A stretch of 64,000 nt of DNA, taken from NCBI GenBank assembly GCA_977030845.1, contig OZ365114.1, positions 23,188,001-23,252,000 of the forward strand, read 5' to 3'. This document shows, piece by piece, positions 28,115 to 41,617 of this stretch. The notes under the pieces are model-generated. The model was not told where the DNA came from, ran no database searches, and saw only the letters and a program-made list of their open reading frames with translations. Source of the DNA: Fimbriosthenelais zetlandica (taxonomy: Eukaryota). Both the position numbers and the translations under genes were made by a program. Numbering within the stretch: position 1 is the stretch's first letter; each line of letters opens with the position of its first letter.

Positions 28115-31100
28115 ACATTTGACTATGACTCTCTAGATCCCTTCTCACCTTAAGTGAAGCATCTTCGGTTGCAGTCAATGCTACTAACCAGATCCATAGA
28201 CTCCATACCTTGAGTCAATGCATTACCAGGTAAAATTCACTGTTTAGCCTGGGTTTCAAGTATCATTTAAAGTGATTGGGCACCGGGTATACAGGCTGGA
28301 ATGTGTATTTAAAGAGAAGCAGAACACCCCAGTAGTAAAACCAGCACGTTCTGGCCATAGGTCATCATTACAGGGCTTAACCCAGCATAAATGTGCTGCT
28401 CGGTAGAAAGTAGCGTGATCTGGAAAAGATGGTTCTGTTTCTAGGGATGATTTGTGGAGTTGAAATATATTCAATGATTATAGGAGCAAACAGGGATGAA
28501 GAGTGAGACTGGGAGAGGATGAAGAATGAACCCTGGACTGGGTTCATGGCAGGTTACAGCACAGAGGGGAAGGAGAGGAGATGGCGAGTTAAACACTTAG
28601 GCAATGGACCCCCAGAGGTGTAGAGGGTTAAAGGGCTAAAGTTCCCTTGCCAAGAATGATCGGGATCTATGCTGATATCCCATTCTCATGTTTTATTGTT
28701 AATGATGACCTGTTAATGTGGATACCCACTACGATAATGACCAAGCCTGTTGTCAGAAAAGAACATTCTGTGTGAACAGAATCGAAATGTTTAGTAACTA
28801 TACGGTTATCCGGTATTTGAAAATGAGGGAAAGTTCTCACGAAAGCATTTGTAACAATCTGTCTTTGGACTAGTCAGTTATTCAGGAGTTATGACCAGAA
28901 AAACCATTTTGGTCTCTGAAAGAGCTCTGGGTCAGTAGAAGGAGGGGTCAGGGCAGAGAGGTATAAGAAGTGGGCAGCTACTGGGATAACCACTCCATCT
29001 AACATCACCCACTAATGAGTGTGTACATTCTCTGATCTACTACAGACCTTTACCTGTCAAGGTGAAATGCATCTCTTCCTGGAGAAATCTAGGATGAAAA
29101 ATAGGGAACAGACAGATTTATCAATAACAGATTATGATAAATGAGGCCGGATACAATCAAAGGGACATTTTACAACTCCTGAATTTTCGTTCTGCTCAAT
29201 CTGCTTAGAATGATATCGCAACAAAGTTTTCTTGATAAGATCTGGATAAAAGGAAAGTAGCTCTGTGGCTAAATAAGTCCCAATTGGTATGCTCGACTGG
29301 TAAACCAGTGTGTAACAATAGTACATGATAAGGTCTATCAGGGTCTGGATTGAGGATTCATGTTCATTGTTCCGGATTCCGATGTCGCCTGTGAAGACCG
29401 ACTTAGATCCTAGGAAGATGGGTGACTAGGTGATGAGGGAGAGATTGTATAAGGGATTAGGGAGATTGGGGAATCTCTGATGTAGATGTAAGGTTACTCA
29501 CTTGTCTGGTATGGAATGGTTAAGACACTATAATAGAGAGATCCAAACCATGAGTCATCCATTCTCTCTTACTCCTCCTATCCTCGATCATCGGCCTATA
29601 AAACAATAGGTTCAAACCACTATACTACTCCAGCACACTTAAAGAAACAATTCACACCAGATAGTGCCTTCAATTCTTCATATTTGGTTACCCTTCTTCC
29701 AAACCTGGCTACAGTTGCTGCTCTAGGACCTTCGAACTTTGCTGAAGACCCCACTTCAGATCCTCTCCAGCTCAGCCAGATCAGCAAGAATCAGCTTCAA
29801 TATTCAAGCTCGGGTCTCCCAGGACTATTGAACTTCATTCTTGCTGATTTGGTAGACTCACTCTCCAAAATTATGTCCAGAATAGGGCCCCAGTCTGGTG
29901 GTGCCCTGTGCCATTCAGAAGAGTTGCTGGGGAGAGGTACGGGCTTCAGATTGTCTAATAGTAGCCTTTTACAACATATGGTTCTTGCTCGATGTGGTGA
30001 CTTTCTTTGATTTATGAGTTTGCCTCTCAGATTTAAAGCGTGTGTGACGCTTGGGTTTGATCCTAACACATTGTCAGAAGACAAACAACACAAACATTGC
30101 CCTCTCCCACTCTGCCCATGTTATGTGTTTTATGTTGAGGTAATATGAGACAAATGCTTCCCAACACAATGCTAATTCATGTCTATTAACTGGCCAACGC
30201 CGACTGACACAAAAACAACTCGTTTATGTATGTATCTAATCGTGACCCAAGGGACACGAGTTCATACATAAATTGGTTCCATTTGTCTTTCCCCGTGCTC
30301 CATATCGTCATGGATCGATCGACATCCATGGAGGTATTTTCCATTTCTACTCACACATGGCAAAGTCTTAAATCCCGTGTGACCCCTTCTAAAGAAAATG
30401 GGAAACATCCACATGTATATTGAAACATAATTGCTTCATGAAAGTGTTTTTCTCATGATCAATTAAGTGGATCCCTTTAGAACTGGTTTGCCATTTTCTA
30501 TGAAACTTTCCCCAGACTAAAATCTACTTTAAGCAATGTGAAAATGCTGATTCACGATCTGGCTGTTTGCACACAGACTTGCTATTTTATCCCAGTCTGT
30601 CTGTGCCTATCAGTGGTAAAGGGTCATTTATAAGATCTCGCCTGCCCCGACATAAAGTTTCCCATATGGACGGCATATCTCCCAGCTTTCCTCGCCTGCA
30701 ACTGGTCTATGTCGGAGATCAGACCACTGGGAATGGGTTGTGACAACGCCTGGCTCTCTTATTTTATTGCACAGAAATTTGGGATGTTTCCAATATTCAT
30801 ATCTTGATCTCAGATGTTTTCTTATTTGTATACTTTCACATCATTTCCTTGGAATACCATAGAGACCTATACATGAATCTTTTCCTAGGCTGATTAGGAA
30901 GTACACTGTAGAAAGAAACTATGTACTTCTCTCGATCCTCAGCCAAATCCAGCTGCTTCAATCTTATCTTACTTCTAAGTTTTTTTAAACTATCATATTC
31001 CTCTTTTTATCATTCCTTTCCTTGTAACATTGCTTAATATGGAATAGTCTTGTATATATGGCTTTGTACATGCTGAGCATACATAGTATAGTCACATGAC

Positions 31101-34100
31101 TGTCACATGGTAAGTCACATGACAAGGATTCCTCGCTGACATACCAGAGCGACATCTTGTGAGACACCCCACTATTGACAATGATAGAGTACGTTCACAA
31201 GAGAAACCCAGTCATTGTATCTAACATATTGAAACTTGACCATGCTATAAATAAATAGTAATACTCTGACACCCCATAGAGAAAGGACATTTATAAATAT
31301 CAACACACAATATGTGTTCTCCTTAACGTATATATTCCTTGGTTTTCCTTGTTAGTATTCAGAAGCAGCATGTGGAAAATGAAGAAGGTTTATAGGGTGA
31401 GAGAAGGAAAGTGGATGTTGAAGTTCATGTTCCTACATCTCGGGGATGCTTTAGATCAGTGGGTGCAGACATGTGGTTGACTGGTAAAAGAGAACTAGAT
31501 CCCTAAATATGCAACCCTGCCTAACCTTCATCTTCTTCAGCTTATGTGACTCGGCAGGTTGATGTAAGAAACTTCAGGAAGGACTTGATATAACCTAGTC
31601 AGTTCGTAATAGTCCTGAGGGGGCAGTCAGTAATATTTGTAAAATTTGTAAAAATTAATATACTCATATTTTATTATTTTGTATTAATGAACCAAAGAAT
31701 GAGTCTAACTGTGTTGGCAAATTTCAGAGCCTTCAAGTGAAAAGACTTTGGTAAGCATGTAGGCCTAAGCCTATGTACTGCAGTGTACTGCAAAGCCTAT
31801 TCGAAAGCTCTTGTTAGTTAAAAATATACATGTATTATACCCTCTCTATCTTGCTGTTGGTGGTAGAATATATGTACAATACCTTCTGTTAAAGTGAGAA
31901 TAATAGCGACAGACAGATCTATGCTCATTCTACTCGACTCTTCCGTGAAGGATTATTTCCGTGGAATGAAGGGCTCTGGGAAAAATGTTGGTGAGATATG
32001 GTAATGAGGAAGTCAGCTGTAAACATACGATCCATCCCCTATCTCCAGCCTTGCCATGTTTTTGTTACCTCTCATTCTTTAGTGTGGTATATGGCATAAA
32101 AATAGGAGGGTATGTTTTCTTCTTGATTTCTGGGGTTTAAAGAGGTAGGCGTTGCTCTGCAATAGTGTCTGAAATGCCTGGCTTACTTTGGTATATATGT
32201 GGTGGACATATTGGTTGAGCCATGAAGGTGAGAAGGCTAGTCTAAATGAAGATTCATATTGCATGTTTAGATGAGAGATTTATGGTTACTTTATTAGAGG
32301 CCGCGCCGTGGTCACGAGCCAGCAGAGAGAGTGAAGGAGGTGCTGGTGACTGCCTCAGATCTCCAGGTGTAAAGCTTCCTCCATCCCTCCTGGGTCTGGC
32401 TCTTATAGCTCTGACTGGTCATGTGATGAGGAGAGATCATTATGTACAATCTAGACCTCCTCTTGTCAGCTTTATCATAGGGATCAGGGCTAATTCTTGC
32501 CCTTACATTCGATATAGACCTTTTAAATTTCTTTCAGGACTTTATACAAACCAAAATCAGCATTTTAAAACCATTTATTATAAATTGTCTTCTGATGAGA
32601 TAACAATTGCAATATTGTTTTGGTTGGACCTGTAATATTCTTAATTTAGTGGACATTAAGTGAACAAATGACCTGAACTGCTACAATGATACCATTTCCC
32701 CCATGTCCCTATCCTGAAGCTTCCCCTAGTACCAACCAAGACCACCAGGAAGCACTCATACTTTATGTCGATCATCATCCGTCAAAATATAACCAAAAAC
32801 ATTCACCCGCCCTAGATCAGACCCATCAGCTGCTAATCCCCCACGACTCGCATCGACCAATAGTCGTGATGCACACATGTACTGACAATCATATATCATA
32901 CACAGCCAAGCAGAGACTGACTATCTGCTCCAGGCTCAGCCAACGTCCCTCATGTTTAGAACCGTGTTAATCACTCATAGATTAACCCTTGTTTTGGGCC
33001 AAGACCCAATGGGGTTAGCTTAGTACAGTTTACCTATCTCACCACCCACCACCTTACCTCTAGTTGAACAAGTTTAAGTATCAAATGTCAATATTTGTAT
33101 ACAAAATGTTTTCGGATCAACATTGGGGTTTTAAGGGAAAAGATTGTGATTATTTTATCAAAGGCAATAATTGCCTGGATATGTTTGGAGTGATAACACA
33201 GATGTTCTCTATAGTGTTTGTTTTTTGTGCTTTATTCTCGTTAAAAGTGTTGAATGTGAGTCAAACATGCTAACATTTGTCTGTCAGGTCTTTGTGAGCT
33301 CCCCAGTGTTCGTACCACCCCTGGTTTTGAGCATCTACATGTGGCAGGTCCATGTGTGGTTGTAGGGATTCCTGGCGATTGAGGAGCTAGGTGTGCAATC
33401 AGGATGGCTGGTAGGTGGTAAAAGGTGGGTGTGAGTGGCGGCATCTGGTCCTCCTGAACACCTTGTTCCTCTACCTACCTCTATAGCTTCACATCCTCCA
33501 GATAATGTGACAATATAAAGACTGATGAAAACTGTCCACATATGAAGTTATTTTATTATCTCTACCAATATGATCAACATAAGTCTGACTTTACTTAAAA
33601 CTCGTCTTGGGAGTTTCGCGGTGCTTTCTGATTAGCTTGTCGACATTGCAAGCATTCCCGTCCAATTGTACAAGACAAACATAGGATTCCAGCAATGATG
33701 CTCACTAAATGTGAAGTGGCACTAGAAGAGAGCCTCTTATGAAAATCCCAGTTTTACCTCATATTGAAATGATTAGCTGCATTTTCAAGAGGTCATGTCC
33801 ATGGAATTTCTCTGACGAACCCTGATGTTGAGTTCAATATCAATAGAAAGTTGTTCTGAGATAACCTCACTAAAAGTATCATGGTATTTAGTTGAAATGT
33901 CATTTGAAAGAATGTGGATGGTTTAGATGTTGATTCTGGCACACCCATAGAGTTGGTAGGCCCTTTGACCCTGGAACTCTATCGCTCTTGCATACAGGTC
34001 TATAAGCTTCATAAACTCCTGCCTCACTCCCAGGCGTTTGGACTTTATAGCACTTTTTACGTGCGTTTATGGCACGTTTAAACTGAAATGGTTTCATAAA

Positions 34101-36344
34101 CATTACATATTCGGGAACAAATGAGGAACAGTCTGTAGACTTGGTATGGACTATTTGATTTCCTTTGATCAAGGCACAAATCACGGAGAAAGTATACCTT
34201 ATCCTGCTGTGAAAGCTGCCACTTAGGGAATAGTTGCTGGGGCAAAGATGGGCAGAGGGGACCACCAACATGGTTCTTATATACAGGTGAATCCCCAATA
34301 CCCTTCAACTTGAAAAGAGGGAGATAGAAATATACAGAAATTTAGAAGGAAACAGAATAAAGACCATGCAGGAGGACCAGCCGCAACAGATGTAGCTCTT
34401 GCCACAACCAATATGGTTCAATATGTCAAGAGAACCTTGAGGCGTTTCTAAAATAAGTTTGAACAATCTCACTAGTCTGAAATCAATATGATAAGCATCC
34501 CAGCCGCCTGGGAGATTGACTTCCCTCAATGTCAGTGTACCCAGGCTGCTAATTTCACTGGCTTCCTGCCTCTCAATACCCTGTATTGGTAAGAGGATTC
34601 CTATCACCGGTTCCTTCCACAATTAATTGCTTCCGCTTTGCACTGAGTACCCCACTATATGATACAGGCTTATTTTACACACCATTTCACTAACGTGACC
34701 CTGCATCTCTTATATACTTGTATTCATGCATCGAAAAATACTGGGTCATTGGCACTAATGCATAATGCCCCAGTGTACCAAAACCAAACAATCATCATCT
34801 GTTAAAGATGCATGGATGCTGTTTTTGGAAAGCCTCTATTGGTATCTCTGAACGATTTAACATACAATTGAATGGTGTAAAAATAACTGTCTACAAAATA
34901 CATTTCCATGATTTCTTTTCCGCGTCAGTAGAGTAATTTTACGGAATTTGTTATATGAAAGGGATCGTCTAAAATAACGGAAAGTAATACTAAAATTATA
35001 CAAATTCCTACCTGGACGTTTGCTGGACAAGCGCAACAGGTATGGAATACTCCCGGTGCTGGATTATGGAATTTTAGAGGATACAGTATTGTTTACTGTT
35101 TATCTCATTATCTCATATCTTACTATGTGGGCATGGTAAGCTGCCAGCCCACTTAATGAAGTTCTGACCCTCTGCTGGCCTCGGCTTTCAAGCTTGGCTT
35201 TTGACCAACTCCAGTTCACCCAGCTTTTCCCACCTACACGAGACCAACAAACTGAGTGTCAATTTCTGGGGTCAAGTGAGGATCAGACCCTGATGTCATT
35301 ATAAAGGCTATTGAAATCTTAATTTAAAAAAAATTAAATATTCTCTCAAATCCAATTTTACAGTTTTATCATATGAAATGATTCTGTGTCCGTTTTACGA
35401 ATGTACTTTGTTAAATAAGTATTTGCAGGACGCAATGTAGAGAGCGACACCAAATCCAAAGCTAAAGTTTACCCTTTCCCGACCCTGGATCCAAGATGTA
35501 TCTTTATTCTTTCCTAATTGAAATCCAATACAGCGCACTCGCGGTATGGTACTGGTTTAACCAAGTATCAGTCCCTTTATTTAAAAAGTCCTAAAAAAAC
35601 AAGCGCTTTTAGTTACATTATCAAATTCTCAAATTTAAAGCATCAATAACCGTGACTAATATCTGTAAGTGGTCTCTTGAGTTCTATATCACGTGATTTT
35701 TTATACTTCACACTGATCCTGTACTTAATGCATGAACAGGGAAGCTTTTTCCTAGAAATTTTATGATTTCAGGAAATAATGGTGTCAGTCGTGACCACAT
35801 AAGTGTACAGATGCTGTAGGGTGATTTAATGCCCATTATATGCCAATTGCTACATAATATTAACCATAAAAATGAGCCCAGTCCCCATGAGAGGCATATG
35901 TACATCACGACTTTACACCCTATACTGATTGCCCTATGATATCAGCAACAAAGATGTGCTACAACATTATACCTCACCCAGTCGCTTAGACTTACTAACG
36001 TAGACATGCCGACATTATAATGTATACAATAGCTAAAGCATTATTGAGCAACGGGGATTGTCAACCTGAAAAGAGAAGCTATCAGCTGGGTATCCACTGA
36101 AACAATTTGTCTACTCCCTGAATAGCTTTTTAACTTAAAATGCCTCGACAGTTGGTCTCAAGGAAAGTGGAGATAATAAAAGAGTTGACTAATTCCTATG
36201 CGCGACTAAAAGTATCAGGAGGCGTGTCTGGGCTGTAGCTCTAAGCTTTTGTCAGATAGTAATGGCAGTTTCAGTTTGGCAGGAGCCGTAAAGATGCAGT
36301 GTAAACAGCTTTGTATGGCTTTACGAGCCGGCCTTGGCCCACTG

Positions 36345-36581
36345 TATATATAGTCTGTGCCGTAGTGCTTTAGGGCAGACTACCACCAGCTCTCGATAGG
36401 TAAGCTTAACTTGTACTGTTTAGAGGAGAGGTTGACGCAGACTATACCCTTGTACCTGCTGGAAGATCCTTTGAGGAGGATATGTTTATAAGATAAGGAG
36501 AGTTAATCCCTTCCTGAGGGGTTGGGTCAGAAGCGAGCCTTGTAATCTTGTAACCCAGTTTTCTCTCCTATTTTCTCTAGG
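36345..36581 (+). promoter_or_regulatory. Candidate TATA box plus short non-coding exon and intron
   Basis: tatatata at 36345, a donor ag|gtaagc at 36399/36400, and a polypyrimidine tract with ctag acceptor ending at 36580. A link to the gene at 37457 is not shown. Confidence 0.3.
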
Positions 36582-37456
36582 TTACATGTGTTATTTGGCA
36601 TAGCCAGAGAAAATCTGACTCTCTACAGTCCTGTATAAGATGGTCAAGAATCAGTGTATCTCGGCCTAATTGGGCCCTGCTTAATATTCATTCAAATCCA
36701 TCTTTTATATACGGCACCTGTCTATTATTATGTAATCCTGACTAGTTATATACAAGTTCTTCCGAGCATTTGAGAATCTTTGAAAAATTTGAAACATTTT
36801 TGAAAAATCAGATTTAGTTTCTCAAGCTCCAGCACCCCGCAGGAATGATTCTTCCTCCTCAATCATCACATCACTTCCTTTCATCTTTTAAATTTTTTTC
36901 GATCTCTTCCAATTTATCATCACCGAGGAATAATAATTGAAAGAATATGCCAGAGGACAATTGGGCTTTGCGATACAAATACCAAGGGTATTCAGTTAAA
37001 CCTCAACCGGTTCAAAGGGCCAGGGTCAGGGCTGACTTAATAGGAAGGTCGGCCATGTGACGGGTATTGGTATTTGGGGCCAGGATTTGAGACGGGTGAG
37101 GTGTACAAGAACCTCCTGGATGACATAAATCCTCCCACCGAAAACAATCCCCATACACACACCCCCCTGTCATCAGAACTGGGTCATCTATCTGGGTCTC
37201 AGCCTCCTTCCAAAAACTTCCATGGAGGTCTTTTCCTATAAGCCTCAGGGGTCATTTTTTTTGTATATGGTTGACTTTTTTAAATGTGTTTGTTTGGTGA
37301 ATGGCATGCATCATATTGATGGTGTTTGCATGTTGTACTCATTTAGGAGCAGTTTCTCCAGTACGTTTATCTTTTGACATACCTTTCTACATCGACTATT
37401 TTCTCTTTTCAGGTATAATCAAAAGAAGTGGATATCAGGAAAGCTAAGTGATCATC

Positions 37457-39062
37457 ATGGGCGTCATAATCAACTTACTACAATTGACTCTAGTTGCTTT
37501 AACTTGTTGTCTTCACTGTGGAGCTAATGCTGCCTTATTTGGTGTACATCAAACAGGGACGTACTGGGGAGCTCTTATTGATGCCTCTGGTTCAACATCA
37601 AATGTCAAATTTGATTTATATCCATCCTTTTCTCAAGCTACTGGCGCAGTATCTTATGACCCAGTCACTGGTCAGAGCCTGTTCGAGCTCTACAAGCCTC
37701 ACGCCATTGCATTTGGCCCAATGTGCAAAAACTCCAACGGATTCCAACCACAGGTGCTCTTCAACATGTCTGATATCATGGTGAATCAGCCAGATATTGG
37801 TGACGCTATTGCAGGCAAGATCTCGGCATTTGCCATGTATGATTCCCAGATATATTTCCTACATTACGGTACTTATTTCACGGACGAAGGACATGTCATC
37901 CACATCTTCCAAATACGGAAGTTCATCACTTGTAGTGCTTGTGGAAAGGATCCTTACCGTGCTGTGGCAAGCAACTCTCCCTTCAGTCTATCCTTCACGG
38001 TCAATTGTTCAGTCTTAGTCACTGAAGCAGTACGATTCTCCTCAGAAGAAGATGACGATGTCCTCAACCTTGAGTTTGAAGGAAGCAAGTCTCTGAAGGT
38101 GGCCAAGCAGGCTGGTAGTGAAGAGCTTAGCTTTTACTTCCAGATTGGTAAGATGGAACTCTCTGACACAGGCCCAGGTTCATTGGAAATGATTCTCTAC
38201 AAAGCCAGCAGTACCTCACAGACTCAGGAGATCCACCGAGAGCCGGTCAACCCTAAGTTCTTTGAGTGGAATATGTACGCCATTGGTTCAGTGGACTATA
38301 AAAACGGACTACTGTGTTGGACAACCGGCGAGAAAGTGATGTGTCGGGAAAATGAAGGTGAAGCCATGGAGGTTGTTGGAGCCACTGATGTCATCTCTCA
38401 TGGAGTTTGTGTTGGTTCGTAATCTTTTTATATTTTCAAAACATTCTGAATAAATTCATCTGAAATAATATGTGTAGATCCTGATCCCATTTTATATTGT
38501 TGCATACTTTGAATGTCATTTTTTAAAATAATTTATAATAATTTTCCTATTTCTGATTTCAGGAAATGATGTCACACACTTGATGGATATTTCTGGCGTC
38601 TCTATTGTTCAGAACCATGGCAACAAGCAAGTCATTGCCTTCGGATGCAACCCCAGCTCTAAGAAAATCACTGGTGCCGGTCTGGTTGTCATTGACAGTG
38701 ACAATTCCAAGACCATTCAACCTCTGATGGCTGGCGAGGAGGCCCTCAGTGCTGGAAGCGTCGTCTCCGTCCAGGCTCTCCAACAAGTCTGTTCATACGA
38801 ACCCCGACCAGATGTCTGTGTCCGTCTTGAGCGAACAACTCTCCCACCACCGACAACAAGCCAGGAGGTCCAACCAGAGGCTGAAGTCACCAAGAAACCC
38901 GAGGGTGGAGAACCAGAGGTTGGACCCGAGACTGGAAACGAGGTGAATGGAGAGGCAGTGAGTGGGACGGATGATGGATCCGGATCTGGTCACATGGAGC
39001 ATTGCTGGTGGTTAATTCTCAACACACTCCTACTTACAGCCATAGCTTCTACTTTAAGTTGA
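37457..39062 (+). CDS. Secreted, probably GPI-anchored protein of unknown family (485 aa, possible beta-propeller); coding exons 37457-38414 and 38563-39062
   Basis: N-terminal signal peptide MGVIINLLQLTLVALTCCLHCGANA. A phase-1 intron (g|gttcgt ... tttcag|ga) joins ORFs 37448-38422 and 38580-39062 in frame (1458 nt). A Thr/Pro/Glu-rich stalk is followed by GSGSG and the hydrophobic tail HCWWLILNTLLLTAIASTLS with no cytoplasmic tail. A 5' UTR splice acceptor lies at 37412/37413. Confidence 0.88.
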
Positions 39063-41332
39063 GCAACAATATCTGACAATTCTAAGTAATTAACATGATG
39101 GTAAATTCTACGCGGAAGATTGTGGCGTTATGTGGCAATAACCTCCCTCCTGCCACATGTGTCGAGGCCAGTGGCCAGGGTCCAATGGTGACTTTCCAAT
39201 TTGGAGGTTTGATATTATTGCCATTGGGAGAACATTTTGTTTTTGTGGACATTTGTGGACAGATGTTAAGATCTTATTATTGGGGGTTATTATATTTTTT
39301 TCTAAATCGATTTTTTGAAAGTTTGATCATCTCCTTTTCGTTGGTAAATAGATTTAGACGTAATTATATGGAAGTATACTTAGGATTTTTCGTATTGCTT
39401 TAATTGTGCATTCCTCCTATCAAAATTGATGTTGTGGGCATATGGTGCTTCAGAATATTTCATATGGCTTTCTTTTATCAAGTTCCTAAGCAATCGATGA
39501 TAATTGTTCTAGTTCAGTTAGTTACTGTCATACAGTAAATGAATGTTTTCTCTAGTTTTTTTTACGAACCAAATATTCTGTATTGTCTGTCATTGGAAAT
39601 CAAGAGGTTACAGATTCTATACTAAAGTTCTGAGAGAACATTGTTATGAGAAAGTATGCTGCGGGTGTTGAAGACCACAACAGCAGTTGTTGCTACAAAG
39701 AATCTTATAATATTTTATCTATATGTGTGTGTTGAATGGTGAAGTTGACCATAATTCAACGGTGAATGAGTTTTGTAGTGAATGAGTGTCAGGATGTTTC
39801 TATTTCTTGGATGTGTATGAAGTGTGTATGACTGTCAGATATTATATAGATATGTATTAGTTGATATAGTTTGGCTTATCTTTTTACATAGCTTGCTTTT
39901 GTAACATTTTTTTTTTATTATTCTCACAATATCTACAAGAATTGTAGGTTTTCATCTCATCAGATTTATTCACTGTAATTCATAAGACTATAAGAAAGAA
40001 CAAACACACAAAGAAGTAGAAACATGGTGCAGAAGATTTCTCACGCAGTGAAAAGCCTGTCAAGTGTCATTGATCATTGTCCTTGCATATCTGCTCAATC
40101 ATTTTCTCGTCTACAAATACAATACGTCATCTGGCGTGCTCATCTCTTATATTGTCTTTATTCATTGCTCCTTATCACAACACGGCCAAAAAGATAAGTG
40201 TTTGATAGCTCGGTGACGGGTGTCAACCTTTCATGAAAGCTATGCTGCTGCAGTTGCCATTGCAAAACCAGCCATTGTCATGAACACCGCTAGATGTCGA
40301 CACCAGTTATACTCGTGAAACATGCATTCATAAATCAGTGTATGTTTATTTAACAACAAATACGTCAAAGCAGTTTTACAGTTGCAGTAGAAGCTGTAAA
40401 GACTATTCTTGCCACCAGGGTCCTGGTAACTGGTAATCATTGGCTATACTTGGCTTTCTTTGCTGTATTATTATGCTTTAGTAAACGAATTGCTGTATTT
40501 AGGGCATACCATTCTTGACATAATTATAACGTCTATTTTGCTTTTGAAGTATTTCCATGAAGACCTCCTTTTTCATGCGCCTGACCAAGGTGTATGATAG
40601 CTCCCGAAATGCGCTTTATGAAACAAGTTTATTTCAAACAGGTTCTTTAAAAATGCTCCTCACAGTTTTTTTTTCTTTTTTACATGAATTTGTGATCTTG
40701 ATTTTGATTCGGTGCATGTGTACATTTGCTATACTTACAGGGGAAGCTCAGTGCCTTCATGTCTAATGCCTTTCTTGTACATAATTTCCCATGCCACTGA
40801 CTTGAATGCGAGAATCCTGCTTGAATGCAAGACCTTGTAGCATCTCTTTCATCACGTCCCTTTAAGACACTGTGTAATAAAGTGTATGTCACTTGTATGA
40901 TACTTTGAAATAATCTATTGGTACAGAAATTCCCTCTCACACTACAATTATTGTGAGAGGGAATAATAAATATAAAATGAGTAATTGGATCTCATGACGA
41001 AACTTATGAGATTTCTGTTCATTATAGTGTTTTCGTGAGATTGTTATGATGGCAAGTATCTGTCGGGAATGACTGATACTAACGCCCCCTTGTAAGTGGT
41101 GGCTGTACTACTGTGACGATCACTCATAAGGGGGCGAGTGCAGGTCATTATGGTGATTGAGGTATCTATGGGTTTGTCGTTTTTTTTTGTTTTTTTTTAC
41201 ATGAGATTAGAGCTTAAAATATCCTCTTGTGCTTACAATATTCCTGGATGTATGGGTCAGTGTAGAAATATTTTAGTACATCGTGGCAACCAGAGTCGTA
41301 ACAATAAAAATATATCGAATTTTCAATAGTCT

Positions 41333-41338
41333 TTTATT
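41333..41338 (-). promoter_or_regulatory. Candidate AATAAA polyadenylation signal of the carboxypeptidase gene
   Basis: tttatt on the + strand, ~280 nt past the stop codon, in AT-rich sequence. Confidence 0.3.
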
Positions 41339-41617
41339 TTATCCTTATTTATTTCATTTAATACACATCAAGTTGATTGTAATTTAGCGTTTTCACCTTG
41401 AAAGCATCAAGGACTCGTTGAATATATACATATTATATATATTTAAAAATATACTAGTATCTATAATTATCTATATTTGGTTTGTATTTCCCTACTTTTG
41501 ATGAATAGTCATTACTAAAAGCTGGGCATATCTCATTAGGTTAATTCAGAGACCATATAAGAACCTTATATATGCTCTCTGGTTAATTGGAGAGATTCTA
41601 GGGATTTAACTTCTTGA

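Larger units (their letters stand above)
1..36300. other. Gene-poor tract of decayed repeat/mobile-element-like sequence (unclassified)
   Basis: No spliceable gene model or recognisable domain found. Only short ORFs occur (all <=145 aa, several generated by tandem repeats). The sequence alternates between AT-rich and GC-richer patches. A mobile-element origin is inferred, not shown. Confidence 0.4.

Noticed and set aside
1776-35798. Recurrent GTGACCAC octamer (seven copies on either strand)
   Set aside because: The motif was chosen after seeing the data, shows no fixed spacing to other features, and also occurs twice in the genic half.
1-36300. RIP-like CpA hypermutation
   Set aside because: Any stop codon can be reverted to a C-starting codon, so that is not evidence. 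Differences between repeat copies include CpA, CpC and transversion changes. A dinucleotide count would be needed.
1-36300. Strand bias of decayed ORFs suggesting a uni-strand cluster
   Set aside because: ORFs of 85 aa or more number about 15 on the minus strand and 11 on the plus strand, which is not a convincing bias.
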